The notes below the pieces were generated by a model. It had not been told where the DNA came from. It searched no databases and saw nothing but the letters and a program-made list of their open reading frames with translations. A program made the position numbers and the translations under genes. Below are positions 25,801 through 39,358 of a stretch of DNA of 64,000 nucleotides, piece after piece (within the stretch, counting starts at the first letter, position 1; each line of letters begins with the position of its first letter). Origin of the DNA: Phyllosticta citribraziliensis (lineage: Eukaryota); assembly GCF_038025025.1 (NCBI RefSeq), contig NW_027117344.1:1922001-1986000 (forward strand), written 5' to 3'.

Positions 25801-26781
25801 GCGGGGTGGAGGAGGCGACCTGAGTGTGGGGAAGTTATGTCTGACGTCATATCATGCAGCCCCCGCCAGGAACACTTGGTCCGTCACCCACTTTCCGTAG
25901 TCAAACTCCTCTCGATCATTTCTTCATCCCCAGAGTCAGCAGTGGCGGTCTTGTTGATAAAGGCGTGTGTACTTACAGAATACCATAGAATGCGTATCTT
26001 ATCTTCCGCGAGATAGACGCTGTTCAATGTCCCAAATGCAGCAATCCACGCTGTTTGACCCACAGCCCCAAAGACCTGCATAGCCGAGGATCAAACATCG
26101 TGTACAAAAGCCAAGCATCTGCAATGATAGACACGGATATTGAAGTCGCCGTATCCGAGTCCCAATCTGCCTGGATCTCAGAACTTCTTCCGGTGAGGAT
26201 GCTTGAACTGCTGTCGACCCACATCGACTTGCCGAAAGTTGAACGGCCGTGTGTTGAATTCAAGATCCGGACCATGTTTCTGAGGCCCCTCATTGGACCA
26301 TCTTGGTTCCTAAACTGGTCCTCATCCGCTCCTTCTGCAAGCCGGCATCGACGTCGTATCTTTTGTGGAACGCCCCCAGGACTTGAAATCTGGAACTTGG
26401 TATCAAAGTTCTGGCGCACGCAAACAAAATGAAGACGTGAAATGATCAAGGAGCATTCAAGCGCTTGAGTGGTGGTGATTCAAGAGACAGAGACCGAGTG
26501 TTCTTTCTCGTCCAGAACTAGGACAGGAAGATTCAAACCGCCTGCCTAGTTGGGGATACTGCCTTTTGAGGTACCACGGCTTTTTGGACCAGACCTAGAT
26601 TCTTGGCCCGGATCTAGTTGATCAACAGTATGATGCACAATGCTTCCCAACCCCTCAGATGACGTGTTCCAGCTCGTGATTGATAATTGAACTCATGATT
26701 ATGGATAGCAGACTGCTGTGCCACTTAAACTGCGGAGCTAGCAACATCAGCAGTGTTCCCCGTCAACTCGCTCAGACAAAA

Positions 26782-28832
26782 ATGACTGACCACGACGCAA
26801 AAGAGGCGCTGAGAGACGACATTCGATGGGAAAACCCAATCCATCATGAGCGCCGTATCAGGGTCATTTGCATCGGCGCTGGAGCCTCTGGACTTCTCTT
26901 CGCCTACAAGCTCCAACGCTCTTTCCGCAACTTCTCCCTGACGGTCTACGACAAGAACCCAGACGTCTCTGGCACGTGGACTGAGAATCGCTATCCGGGC
27001 TGCGCGTGCGACATTCCCGCGCACAGTTACACTTACACCTTCTTCCCGAACCCCAATTACACGCACTCGTACTCCGGCTCGGAAGAGATTCGCAAATACT
27101 TTCAAAGATTTGCATCGACTCATGGGTTGGATCGCTACATCAAGACGGAGCATGAAGTCCAGGCGGCGACCTGGGACGATGCTCAGGGCAAGTGGGTCGT
27201 CAAGGTAAAGGACTCCAAGAGTGGGGAGGTGATTACGGACACTGGAGATTTTCTCATCAACGCCACTGGCTTCTTGAACAATTGGAAGTGGCCCGACGTA
27301 CCGGGTCTCGACAACTTCGAGGGAGATTTGGCCCACACAGCAGCCTGGCCTGAGGGTCTTGACCTCCACGGCAAACGCGTCGGACTCATTGGCAATGGGT
27401 GAGTTTCCCCTTATCTGGACTGCAACACCGTGGTCAGCGGACTCACAATCGAGAAAGATCCTCTGGCATCCAAGTCCTCCCAGCGATCCAGCCTGAGGTT
27501 CGCAGTCTGACTACCTTTATCCGCCACAACACCTGGATCACGAAGCCTTTTGGTAAGGATGGGCCGCGTGAATATACCGAAGACGAAATGGAGGAGTTCA
27601 AGGACCCGAATGTACTTCTTGGACATCGAAAGGAAGCCGAATCAGGCATGAACAGCATGTTCGGTAAGTCTCTCCTCCTGGTTTTGACGTCCGCTCGCAG
27701 TGAGTGTCCAATGGAAGTTCCCTGAGCGCAGTCGTCTTGGCGAATGACAGATTCAAGATTACACGCCTAGAATGTGACGTCCCTTGTCCCACTGTGGATT
27801 CAGGATGGGCTCCAAACCTAGCTCTTGTGGTCAACAACACTCGAACTCTGACTGACTAGTGTACCAGGAGTTTTCCTCAGAGACCACCCCGTCCAACAGG
27901 AAGCTCGCAAGATAATGGCCGAGGAGATGGAGGCCCGCCTGGACGGCGACAAAGCCCTCTCTACGCGCCTGATTCCCACCTGGAGCGTGGGCTGCCGGCG
28001 ATACACTCCAGGACCAGGTTATCTGGAAGCCCTGCGTGCTCCCAACGTCCACGTCGTGTACGGCGGCGTCACAGAAGTCCTGCCCAATGGGTGCAGGACA
28101 TCCACCGGCGAGACCGTCGAACTCGACACGCTCATCTGCGCCACGGGCTTTGACGTATCGCACCGCCCACGCTTCCCCCTGATCGGCCGCGGCGGTGTGA
28201 ACCTGCAAGACGCGTGGGCTGAGTCTCCGCGGAGCTACATGTCTCTTGGGGCCCCCGATATGCCGAACTACATCATGGTGATGGGGCCTAACTCACCGGC
28301 CGGCAACGGCCCCGTCCTGCTGGCCATCGAGGCGCAGGTCGCGTACGCCTTGCGCATGCTCGATCGCTTGCAGACGGAGAACATCCGCAGCTTTGTCCCC
28401 AAGGCCTCGGCGATTGAGGAATTCAACGAGTACGTAGACGCCTTCATGGAGAAGACTGTGTGGAAGGACGCGTGCAAGAGTTGGTATAAGAACGGCACGA
28501 CGGACGGACGCGTGACGGGGCTGTGGCCGGGCAGCGCGCTGCATTTCACCGAGGCGATACGCGAGCCGCGTTGGGACGATTGGGACGTGACGTACCAGGG
28601 CAATCGCTTCTCGTGGTTGGGTGACGGGTACAGCCAGACTGAGACGACGCCCGGAGCGGACCTGGCGTGGTATTTAAGCAACGAGGATCGGACTGAATGG
28701 GGGAGCAGGTGGAAGAGGAGGGAGGCGGAGATTTTGCCGACTGAGGAAACGGAGGAGGAAGACAAGTTTGTGCAAGGAAAGCTTGTTGATGACGGCGTCA
28801 GGAGAGATTCTGCTGCAGCAGTTGCTGCTTGA
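26782..28832 (+). CDS. Flavin-binding monooxygenase (Baeyer-Villiger type)
   Basis: IGAGASG, GTWxENRYPG, fingerprint FEGDLAHTAAWP, IGNGSSG, ICATGFD; introns near 27399 and at 27664-27867. Confidence 0.92.
27696..27796. mobile_element. Degenerate MITE remnant inside a monooxygenase intron
   Basis: Starts cgcagtgagtgtc and ends gtcccactgtg; the host intron is 204 nt against the usual ~55 nt. Confidence 0.45.
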
Positions 28833-29586
28833 GAGTAGGAGAGAAGCGCCAAATGTCTGTGCTGATGATTAAAAGAACTCATCCCACCTTCTGTGGCGTC
28901 AGTCAGCATAAAGCTCTGTCAGAAAGACCGCACTTGCCATATCCCAGAAGGATCATCATGACCACTCCATGCTTGTCTATCTTTTGTCTTTCCGCTTGCT
29001 AAGACACTTTCAATCCGCCGACTCGACTATTTATTCAATCAATAAGAAGTCAAAACGTTGCCACGCTCAATCCACGTCATCGTCCAGAGTACTGCGACCC
29101 TTTTCGATCTGGTGACCAGAGTCCGATCCGCCAGCACTGTCACTGACAGTGAATAAGGCCCTTGCTGGAAGGCTAGACGACACGCTCCCAATCGGCCCCC
29201 GGCTCCACTCTATCACATCTGCTTCTCCGTCCCTCGAATCCTGGATGCGATTAAGCCTGTCGAACTGATTGTTGTAATAGAGCAAAGAAAGCAAAATGGG
29301 CTGACCAAGAACAGCAGTAGAACAAACACCATTGCCAAAACCACCCGTGTCTTTCCCATAGTCATCACTTTCATTATCTCTCCCGATCCCGGTTGCAATC
29401 CCGTCCCCATTTGCCTTGGTCGCCGACGTCGTTGATGGGTATTCCGATGAAGAATCATGTTGATGTTTTGATGCGTCAAACCAGGGTATAGGTGAACGTG
29501 TTCCAGGGACAGCCGCAAAAGGAGCTTCGGTGGTGGTGGCAGTGGAGGTGATCTATTTCACAAAAGAAAATGCAAAGACGAGGGTC

Positions 29587-30970
29587 TCAGAGTTCTACAT
29601 CTTGGAAGGAACCCTGGCTGGGGCTAACATCACCATCTTTGTCCGGCTCGCCGGCCTCGAGGCGCTTGTCGGCTGCCGAATCAACCTCTTCTTCAGACTT
29701 CTTCGACTTGGAATCCGGGTCCTCTGATCCTTTCGCAGCTTCCTCCGCGCGCGGTGTGTCATCCGGATCGACTTGCTCGGTTTCCTTGGCTTCGTCTTTT
29801 GCGTCGTCTGCAGACGTTGTGGTTTCGGCGGCACTTTCGTCTTTCGGTGGTGGGGCTGGAGGTTCGCCTTCAGATGCCTCGGCAGCATCTTTCTCTGCCA
29901 CCGTGACCATGTCCGTAGCAGACGTGTTGCCATTTGGTGGTTCTTTCCGCACCTGTTCTGGGGTTGGAGGTGTGATGCCCAGCTGTGGGCTTGGCATCGG
30001 TGGACTCTTCTGATTTTGCTGTTGCATACTCTGGCTTCTTCCATGTGTTGCCTGGTTCTGCTGCTGCTGCTGCTGCTGTTGCTGACCCGCCGGCGGGCCA
30101 ATCTGCCTCAGACGCGGATCGGCATTGATGTAGTACTGCCTGACACCAACTATTCTGCCCTCGCGCTCACAAGCCTTGACCCAGTCAGGAACAACGACGG
30201 GAATGTTCATCTCCACGGCTTTTTCCCACAGAGGGCCGCGACCTTCTGTGCACACGAAATGTGTAGTGTCGATGCGAACTTGGTCAATCAGCTTGGCGCC
30301 TATGCCTGTGACGGTATTGACGAGGCTCTCCTTGAGCTGCGCGGGCATGAGGCCGGGTGTCACGGTGATGCCACCCAGCTCGGTCATCTTGTGCGTCCGG
30401 ACGACCAGCCTCTCGCTGCTGTAGGTCCCCGCGCTTGTCCTCAACACTAGGTGGAACTGGTATTCTGTGTCAAGCGCCAGGCCGGAAATTTTGGTGCAAT
30501 GTTGCTCGAGGGGTCTGGGAATGCTGCCGGCCTTGCTGCCATTGCGGTACAGAGAGAGGCTGCGCAGCTCGGCCGTCGCCAGCTCGATGGGGTCCCATTC
30601 AAGGACGACAGAGGTTTGGGTGGTGTTGCGACAGCGAAGGACGGGGGCCGAGGGGGAGCGCGTGCCAAAGGTTTGGTAGATTTTGGTCTGCAATTGTTGA
30701 AATGCCTGCTGGGCCGCGCTTTCGGTCTGGTGGTTGCGCGAGACTGTAATGTCGACGATGCTGCCAGAGGAGATGTCGGGGGGCAGGAGAATGGACGGGA
30801 ATTCAATCTGTCTTGGTGGTCAAAGGTGTGGATCTTCACAATTGCGGCGACGTAGCAAGGATGGAGCTCGGCGAGGGATTTGGAAAGCGAGAGCATACCA
30901 GACGCTTGTCTTCGGTGAGGAGGACGGCAACGCCGGCGTCGACTTTGCCGACGGTCAGGGAGACCAGCAT
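29587..30970 (-). CDS. CHS5: Chitin biosynthesis protein Chs5 (exomer subunit; FN3 + BRCT)
   Basis: MLVSLTVGKVDAGVAVLLTEDKRL/IEFPSILLP N-terminus, FN3 and BRCT (THFVCTEG...VVVPDW), acidic tail. Confidence 0.95.
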
Positions 30971-31382
30971 ATCGGCAGCGAGGAGGTCAAGGCGGTCTTT
31001 GTGGTGTTGTTGTGGAGATGTTGCGGAGTCGTCGCGGAAGACGGAGACGGTGACGAAGCAGGGTCGGGCTGGCTGGCCGATTCGCCGGCCTCCCTCCTTC
31101 GACCCACGACCTCACGTGCAAGTCGTATTCACTGCTGCTATCCCAAACGCGCATCGTTTCCGCCTGTATCGACGTGAAGTAAAAAGGACTCCAGCTTACT
31201 TCCCGCCTCATTGGGCGCACAATTGTATCATACACATGGCCATTCCAAGCTCCAGTTGACGCCGTTACAACAAATCGTCCCCCTCTACCGTACGTCATCC
31301 ACGTAGTTCGATGCAATGCTCTCATCTCGGAGAGGTATGCACGCGCAAACTAATTCTGTACATTCACGCCCTCCGCCCCCGC

Positions 31383-32186
31383 TCAGTCTCTGAACCTGCG
31401 GTTTTCGTTTGCGCCAAAGAGCGTCACCCTAATCGACGGCAAGGCCTCGTGCTCCAGCAACCGTAGCCGTTCGTCGAAAGTGTTGTTGATTTCAATCTTG
31501 CCATTGCTGCCCACGACAGAGACGCCTCCGGAGCTTTGATCAAAAGTCAGCGCAGCTCATGCTCTTCGATAAAAAGTACTTACGATCCATCTGGCAGCGG
31601 GTTCTTCTCGTCCAGCTCCACCTTGGTGTCCTTGCCCACCTTGTCCTTGTACTCCTTCTCGGCCTCGGGGATCGCCTTCCTGACCGTGTCGTAATCGGCC
31701 TTGCGTGCACGGACCTGGACCTTGGGCTCGTTCATCGAGTACAGTCCCTCAAGAAGTAGACCCTTCAGCGCGGCCTGGTACTTGCCCTTGTCCTTGGAAA
31801 CGTCGGTGAGCCTCTTGCGAGTCTGCTCGAACAAGTCGTCGAGCAGCTCCTGACGAGCACCCAGGACGCGCAGTCTAGTCTTGTTGGCGAGGGTAGAGCG
31901 TGTGATCTGCTGGGACATGGCGGCCTGCTTGAACTTCTTCTCGTAGGCGGCGTCGATTGCGGCGGTCTCTTGACGGACGAGCTTCGACTTCTCAATGGCA
32001 AACTCCTCGTCGGCCTTGATCTGGATCTCCTTGGCCTTCTCCAGAGCCTCCTGACGGATGAAGGCCGTCATCTTCTTGAGCTCGCCGGCGACCTGCATTG
32101 AAGGAGGGAGTCAGCGGTAGCTGTCGGCGGTGTGCGGGGAGCAGCGGGTGTACCTGGTCGTCGGACATGGCGTGGATTTGCGACAT
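31383..32186 (-). CDS. VMA4: V-type ATPase subunit E
   Basis: ELKKMTAFIRQEALEKAKEIQIKADEEFAIEKSKLVRQE; C-terminal INNTFDERL. Confidence 0.96.
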
Positions 32187-32739
32187 GGTTGCGGACGAAG
32201 AGTTCAAGACGAGTCGGTTGCTCAGGGCGTCGGGTACGGTAGGAAGAGGGCGCGGTGGGCAAAGTCGTCGACGGTGGTGGTGATGGTCGAGGTGGAGGTG
32301 ATGTTGCGGCAGCTCGAAGCTCGGGCGCCCAGAGGCCAGACCTGACGGGAGCCCCAGCCAGGTGCCCGAGCCCAGAGATGCGGCTGCCCATGCAACTAAC
32401 AACAACCACCACCACCCTTGCTGCCTCTCTTTCTTTTCTCCAACCCTTTTCTTCTCCCATTCTCCTCTCCCCACGCTATTCTTCGCGCGCGCTCTCCTTC
32501 GCCCCCGTTTCCGCCCGCCACACCCCGACCTCCGCAGGCGATTCGGCCTGCGTCTCGTGAGCGTCGTCGCGCATCATCATCATCCGCACCGTTTCACCTT
32601 GTCCCATCCTCGAGGCTTGCGCCCCTCGCTCCTTTTTGCGCCTCCTGCGGGCGCACCCGCTCTGGTATCTTCTTGTATGCGGCAGCATGTCTGTACTCTT
32701 CAGGTAGCATCTCGCCTTACCTGAGTAGCACCACAAGTC

Positions 32740-34670
32740 ATGGTTGAGCTTTCCCCCGGCGGCAGCGTCGCAGTGAGTATCCCGCCACTTGCGTACCACC
32801 AGGACTTGCTGACTCTGTATTCGTAGCTTGGAGTCTTTGTCGGGCTGCTTTCGACCAGCATACAGAGCCTCGGCCTGACGTTGCAACGCAAATCGCATCT
32901 TCTCGAGGAAGAGAAACATGAGACCGACGACCGGCGCCCGCCGTACCGACGACGGAGGTGGCAGGTAGATACACCAACCACGAGAAAGCCGGGCAGCACT
33001 AATACTCGCAGGTGGGCATGCTCATGTTCATCGTGGCCAACCTCGTCGGGAGCACCATACAAATCACAACCCTTCCTCTCCCTGTGCTCTCAACGCTGCA
33101 AGCGGTACGGACCTCTCCCAACAGACTTGCGGCCATGTCATACTGACGTTAGCAGTCTGGCCTGGTCTTCAACTCAATATGCGCAACTCTCATCCTCAGC
33201 GAACCCTTTACTCGCTTCTCTCTTGTTGGCACGATCCTCGTCGCTGCTGGAGCCGTCTTGATCGGCATATTTGGCGCTCTGACGGAACCTTCGCACACGC
33301 TGACCCAACTTTTGGCCCTCCTTGCTCGCACACAATTCCTGATCTGGCTCGTCGCGACATTTTTAATTTGCGCAGGGCTCTTTGCAGCACAATGGTTCCT
33401 CAAAAGACTAGCCCCCAGGCCTACTCCACTAGTTCGACTCCTTCGCGGCATGTCCTTTGGGGCTATCAGTGGCATCCTGTCTGCCCATTCGCTGCTGCTG
33501 GCCAAATCCGCCGTCGAACTGCTGGTACGAACAATCGTTGACAGGCAAAACCAGTTCAACCGGTGGCAGTCTTATATCATTCTGATCGGGCTGGTGTTTC
33601 TTGCCCTCACTCAGCTCTATTACCTCCACCGCGGTCTTAAGCTCTGTTCTACCAGCGTGCTTTATCCGTTTGTCTTCTGCATTTACAACATCATCGCCAT
33701 ACTCGACGGGCTCATCTACTTTCGCCAAGTCTCTCGACTCCCGGTCAAAGACTCGATTCTCATTGCCATTGGCACCGTCATCCTTCTTGCCGGTGTGGCC
33801 GCGCTTAGCTGGCGCCTCGAAGACAAGGACCCGATTGCCAGTGCCCACCAGAGGAAGCTCTCTCGACACTCATTCACTGGCGTACCACCTCCCCGGAACG
33901 CCCTCAGCCCTGGTCTTGGTTTTATCAATGCTGGAGGATCTGATTCCGAAGAGGATCCTTTCTATGGCGCAACGCCCTACGATGAAGAAGCGCCTCTTGG
34001 GATCGCAAGCAGCAGCAGGAAACGAAAGGGCAGTCATGCAGCTGGAGCCGCCTCGGATGAGAGGACACCTCTCCTGATCCGCACCAACACAGCCCCTTCA
34101 GCGGCCGCGAGAAACGCCGCATCCAGTCAAAGCCCCACCCAAAAGGAGAGCCCGCACAGGCCAGCCCCCTTGGGCCGCATGCGCCGGATGACCATTGCAG
34201 AAGAAGCGGGCGAGGTATGGGATGAGTTGAATGACCGGGAAAGGAGGGGGAGCGACGTGCATTCACCAGTCGATGCGCGTGGTCGGGGAAGAGGCAGGGG
34301 TCATGCAAGGATACGGTCCGGGACGCTTCCTCTATCAAGTCAGAAGGGCATTCAAAGAAAGCGAAGATGGTGGGAGAGCATCGTGTACGGAGGAACCAGC
34401 AATAGACCTGCTGCATCACCTACACCACAGCCACCACTGGAGCGATCAGCTACGGATAGGGACAACGACGAGCCCGACGCCACTCTCCTCAGCCCGAGCC
34501 CAGAGAGATCCAGCTTCTGGCAAATTCGTAATCCGCGTACACAAATTTCTCGACAAGCAAGTGGGGGACCTTTTAGGCTGAATTGGTGGAGGGGCAGGGG
34601 CAATGCCGATGAAGAAAGAGAAAGAAACGAGCAAAGAGGATCTGGCAGAGGGGATCGAGACAACCTTTGA
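32740..34670 (+). CDS. NIPA/DUF803-family (Mg2+ transporter-like) membrane protein
   Basis: SLGLTLQRKSH, RRRRWQ, GLVFNSICATLILSEPFT, STSVLYPFVFCIYN; long disordered C-tail. Confidence 0.85.
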
Positions 34671-36711
34671 TACGCAAGCTTGCTTGCGCTTAATTTTCTT
34701 TGCATCAGCTCGGGAGCCTTGTGGAGACTTGGATGGAACCCAGATGGATTCTGGGTGCAACTATCCAGCAGTTTCACAGATTGGAAACATTATACCCCAT
34801 TCTTTGGTTACACTTCTGGCGCTTTGCAGAGCGTTTCTCCTTACGCTTCTGGATTCTCAAATCTGGAGTCAATCTTTTGGTCCGTTTCGTTTACCCCTTT
34901 CCATGATCATTTAAATGCTGTTTGGAGGATACGTCAGCCTCGACCAGCGCTTTCCCCGTGTGGAGTTTTGCATCTCGAAGCGGAAATGGCATAAAGAGCG
35001 GGAATCTAGGAGTTTCTGCCGTCTGTTCCTTGGGAGCATTCATTCATCTGCACACTACCGCAGTCCGCAATCTTGCTCAGTAAACTCGAGCCTTCGCTTT
35101 TGCGACTCTCAGAACCTCTGTATCTTTACTTTCTGGCACTCGGAGCTTTCCTTCTCTGTCGTTCGAAGAACGACGTTTTGCATTCTCTTTTGGATTGACG
35201 TTGGATTACAGTGTTCCCGTGTCACGACACAACGTTGAGTGAATGTTGTCAAGCCCCCCGGGTATAGGGATCATGCTTGCTCGAACAGAGCTAATGCAAA
35301 CAACACACGTCTTGGCACGACTCCGCCCTGCCACTCGACCGTTTCAAACAGTTTACCGCTTAGGGTGAAGCGGGAATGATTTTGAGAGGGCAAAGAATCC
35401 CGCTAACGGCACAAGTCGGTGTGCGACGGACGGCAACTGCGAGTATGCGCCATGCTCGGTGATCAACCCTATTCCGTGGTGGATGCACCCAATGCGTGAT
35501 AAAACTGACGTGGATGCAGATGCCTGTGCTTTAGTTGATGAAGTTTATACAGGCCGTTCGCTCTGGCACAACCGAGACGGAAGGCCTCATTTCCTCAACC
35601 ACAGATTGCCATGTCCAGAAGCTGAACGACTTCCGTTTTTGACTTGAAAGTCTCGCAAGAGATTCCCACGCCTTGGATCCCGCATCTTCGGCGCATTCGT
35701 GGCCGCGAACACTGGAGTTGTACCACAATACTGCCACCTCGAGCGTTCTCATCAAGTCTATCCCAGTCAGATGATGTAAGTTTATGTCCATGTTCCTGGT
35801 CGAAATGCAGACCGGCCTTGCCGTTGTTGACAAAACCGCAGGAAAGGCACAGTACAAGCAACCCAGTGCGATTGTTGAACGCGGGATTGGTTCAACAAAG
35901 ACGGATACCGCATGCACGGACGTTGCTTTTGGGCATCTGGACGGGTGGGACAAAAGAAATGTATCTCGGATCCTCGGGCCTTGTCGCTCTTGTAAACAGA
36001 GCCAAGTTGTTCAACAGGGACCAAGGATGGCTCAGCAACGCAAAAAGATTCGATGACGTACTGATACCCATCCCCGCCTCGCACCCGAGGAACTAGATGC
36101 CTGCCTGGATTGAAAGCACCTACACGTCTGGACCTCATTGACCCATGTTGTTCGCATCGGACGAGCCGTCGGCTTCCGCTGAAAGACAGACCCTATCCAG
36201 CAGACACGGCTACGGTCAGCGAGGCTTTGCGACAAGCTCCACCTGCGGCAGCAACGTCCAAGCCAACCGCATTGGCAGCACCAAGGCTCGAAAAGACGAG
36301 ATAAAGTATGAAAATCACGGCAATTAGGCACTGATCTACCGAGCTTGGCTTGCTTACCTTACCTCTCGATGTAGATTTGCTCTACTTGGCCTTGCGTCGG
36401 ACAGACTGATATTGCTCCATGGGGAAGGTATGACCCTGAACATGGTTTGCCAAGCGCGGTTGGCTGCGTGGTGGACATCTTAACCGCGCCACCTACCTTG
36501 TTTTATGGTTAAAATATTCCAGGGAAGCGCACAGGAAGAAGAGGTAGTGGCTGAGTTTGTGCGTCTGAGCTCGATGGTGACGGTAGTATTTGGAAGGAGC
36601 GTTCGTCGCTTTGGCCATGGCGAGTGCGGTGCGCTGGACATTGGATGCTCCCAAGGCCAGTCAAAACTAATCTCTTAATCCACATTCCATTGGCGCACGG
36701 GACCAACCATT

Positions 36712-39358
36712 ATGGCACTCTATTCGGCTCTTGCGCAAAGTGGAGTTCGGTCCAGAAGCACTGCGCGGAGGGGCGCCGCGGCTTTGCGGCTCATGATTGG
36801 ACTGAGCACTTTGCTCATGTTCGTTGGCTTTTTTCTCGGGTCGCCGCTACTTGGTAATTTCCTTCCCGAGAATTTGCGCTCAGACAAGAGATGTCAGCTA
36901 ATTGGAGAACCTCCAGGAGCCACAAGACAGCGTCAACAACCAATCGACCATGGCAACCAGCGCCTCGTCAAGCGTCAAAATGTTCCTTCACCCGAGGGAG
37001 ATATTTGCCAGACTCAGGAGTGCAAGGACTACTCGTCGTACATCAAGCGGTCCCTTGGCGTGAATTACACCCAGATCGATCCTTGCACGGACTTTTGGAA
37101 ATTTGCTGTGGGCAACTGGCAAAGCTTCAACGACTATCGACCAGACCAGTCTTGTGAGTATCTACAAAGGTGATAACAGCACGCAGGGAAGCTGACTGAG
37201 CCACCACAGCCGTCAACTCTTTCAGCGTGTTGGATGACAAAAATCGCGACCTGCTGCGAAAGGTCTTGGAGAGTCCATACAACGAAGCCACGATGATGAG
37301 CGACCAAGATCGCCCAATCGACCGCGACAACTTCAACAAGATGAAGACAGCGTACGACGCCTGTCTGAATGAGGACCTGCTCAAAGAAGTTGGCGTCAAG
37401 CCTGTGAAAGACATCCTCGACGCCGTCCCAAAGCCGGATTCCGGGAAATACGAAACTACTGGCGGGCTGACCGACATTCTCATCACGCTCCACCGATTGG
37501 GCGTCTACCCGCTCGTAGCGACGGATACGGGCTCAGACCGCAAGACACCTGACGTTGTGACCATCTACATAAACCACGGCGGCAAGGGATTGCCTTCGAA
37601 GGAGTACTACAACAAGACCGACGTGCAGGCCAACTACACTCGGACGATTGCCGAAATGTTTGACATCTTTCTCGGGGACAGCGGTACGCACGGGGAAACG
37701 TCAAAGCAGGTGTTTGAGTTGGAGCGCCGCATCGCACTCGCACAGTTGGACCCAGAACAGGAGAGAAATGTCGACTTGACGTACAACCCCTACAAGCTGG
37801 AAGACGTAGACAAGCTGGTCCCAGATATTTCCGTCACGCAACTGATCGACGCATTCACCCCGCCGGGATTCGACGCCGAAAACGTAGTGCTCCAGCCTGT
37901 AGAGTACTTCCGCCAGCTATCCCAACTCATAAAGAGCGTTCCGACCGAAGTTCTCTACGCATACTTCCAATGGACCATCATCAACGGATGGGCCGATTCG
38001 GTCTACCGCGACCTCCGAGCACCGTTGCGGCGATTCAGGAACCAGCTTGCCGGTAGACCTGACGATGCCATTCAAGACCGCTGGCGTACCTGTCAAGAAG
38101 AGGTAGATGAGAACATGCCGTGGATCCTGTCCGGCGCCTACGTCCAAGCCCGCGCCTTTGGTCAGGACTCCAAGACCTTGGGTGAGCAGATCATCGACGA
38201 TATTCGGCTCATATACGAAGAGAGGTTTCCAAATTACGACTGGATGGCGAAAGAGGTCCAAGAGAGGTCCAAGAACAAGGGTAAGCTAAGCAACTTTGGT
38301 ACCCTTGACACATTGGGAGTCGAGACAAATGAAGCCTCCTGGCAGTACAGGTGTGCTTAGAGAGCATTCATTCACTGCTACAGTTGCGCATCCATCCACT
38401 ACTGCCCCACGCTCAGGAATTAGTCCTGCCTTGCTGCAGCCAGACGCAGGGGGTCTCATTTTTTCGACACCCACCGTGGTGGTTGAGATGTTCAACAGGC
38501 GCTAACGGAAACACAGTTACCTTGATTGGCAAAAAGATCGGCTATCCAGACAAATCGCCCAACGTGCTCGACCCCGGCTCTGTGCAGGAATACTACGCCA
38601 ACCTCACCGTCAGCAGTACCAAGTACTTTGAGAACAAGCTGAACATCACGTTTTTCAGCGCTAACAAGAGCTGGGATGATTTGCTGCGGCCGACAGACAA
38701 AGACCGCTGGAGCGCAAGCGCAAACACCATCAACGCCTTTTATTTTCCCAACTACAACCAAATCGTCTTCCCGGCCGGTATAATGCAGACGCCCTTCTTC
38801 AACCGCGAGCTTCCCGAGTATGTTTCGTACGGAGGCTTCGGCATGCTGGCCGGGCACGAAATTACGCATGGGTTCGATGACCAAGGCTCCAAGTTCGACG
38901 AGCGCGGCAACTTTGCTACATGGTGGGACAAAGGGACGCGCGACAATTTCACGGAGCGCACCAAATGCTTCGTGCAACAATACGCCAAGTTCAGCATCCC
39001 AGGCCTCGATGACAAGCCGCTGCCCATCAATGGCGAGCTGACGCAGGGCGAGAACATTGCCGACGCTGGCGGCGTCTCGTCGAGCTACGAGGCCTGGCGA
39101 CGCAGAAACGAACGAAAGCGCAACCAGATGCTGCCGGATTTGCCGGCTGACGCAAACTTCACGCCCGAGAAGCTATTCTTCGTCAGCTTTGCCAATATTT
39201 GGGCGCAGAAGGCGAGGCAGCGGGCTCTGGTTCAGCAAGTGTTGAGCGACGTCCATACGCCCAATGAGCAGCGCGTCTTGGGGGTATTGGAAAATTCGAA
39301 GCCGTTCAAGGAGGCGTTCGGTTGCAAGGATACAAAGCCGGCTTGCGAGTTGTGGTAG
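36712..39358 (+). CDS. Peptidase M13 (neprilysin/endothelin-converting enzyme-like)
   Basis: N-terminal TM, DPCTDFW, INAFY, HEITH zinc motif, GENIAD, C-terminal CELW; introns near 37154 and at 38281-38516. Confidence 0.93.
38309..38478. mobile_element. Diverged full-length MITE copy inside the M13 peptidase intron
   Basis: Left cacattgggagtcgagacaaatg...cctcctggca...gagcattcattc; right ctcattttttcgacacccaccgtg; collinear with the 6224-6409 copy. Confidence 0.75.

Noticed and set aside
30055..30085. CAG/poly-Q run in CHS5
   Set aside because: Ordinary microsatellite in a disordered linker.
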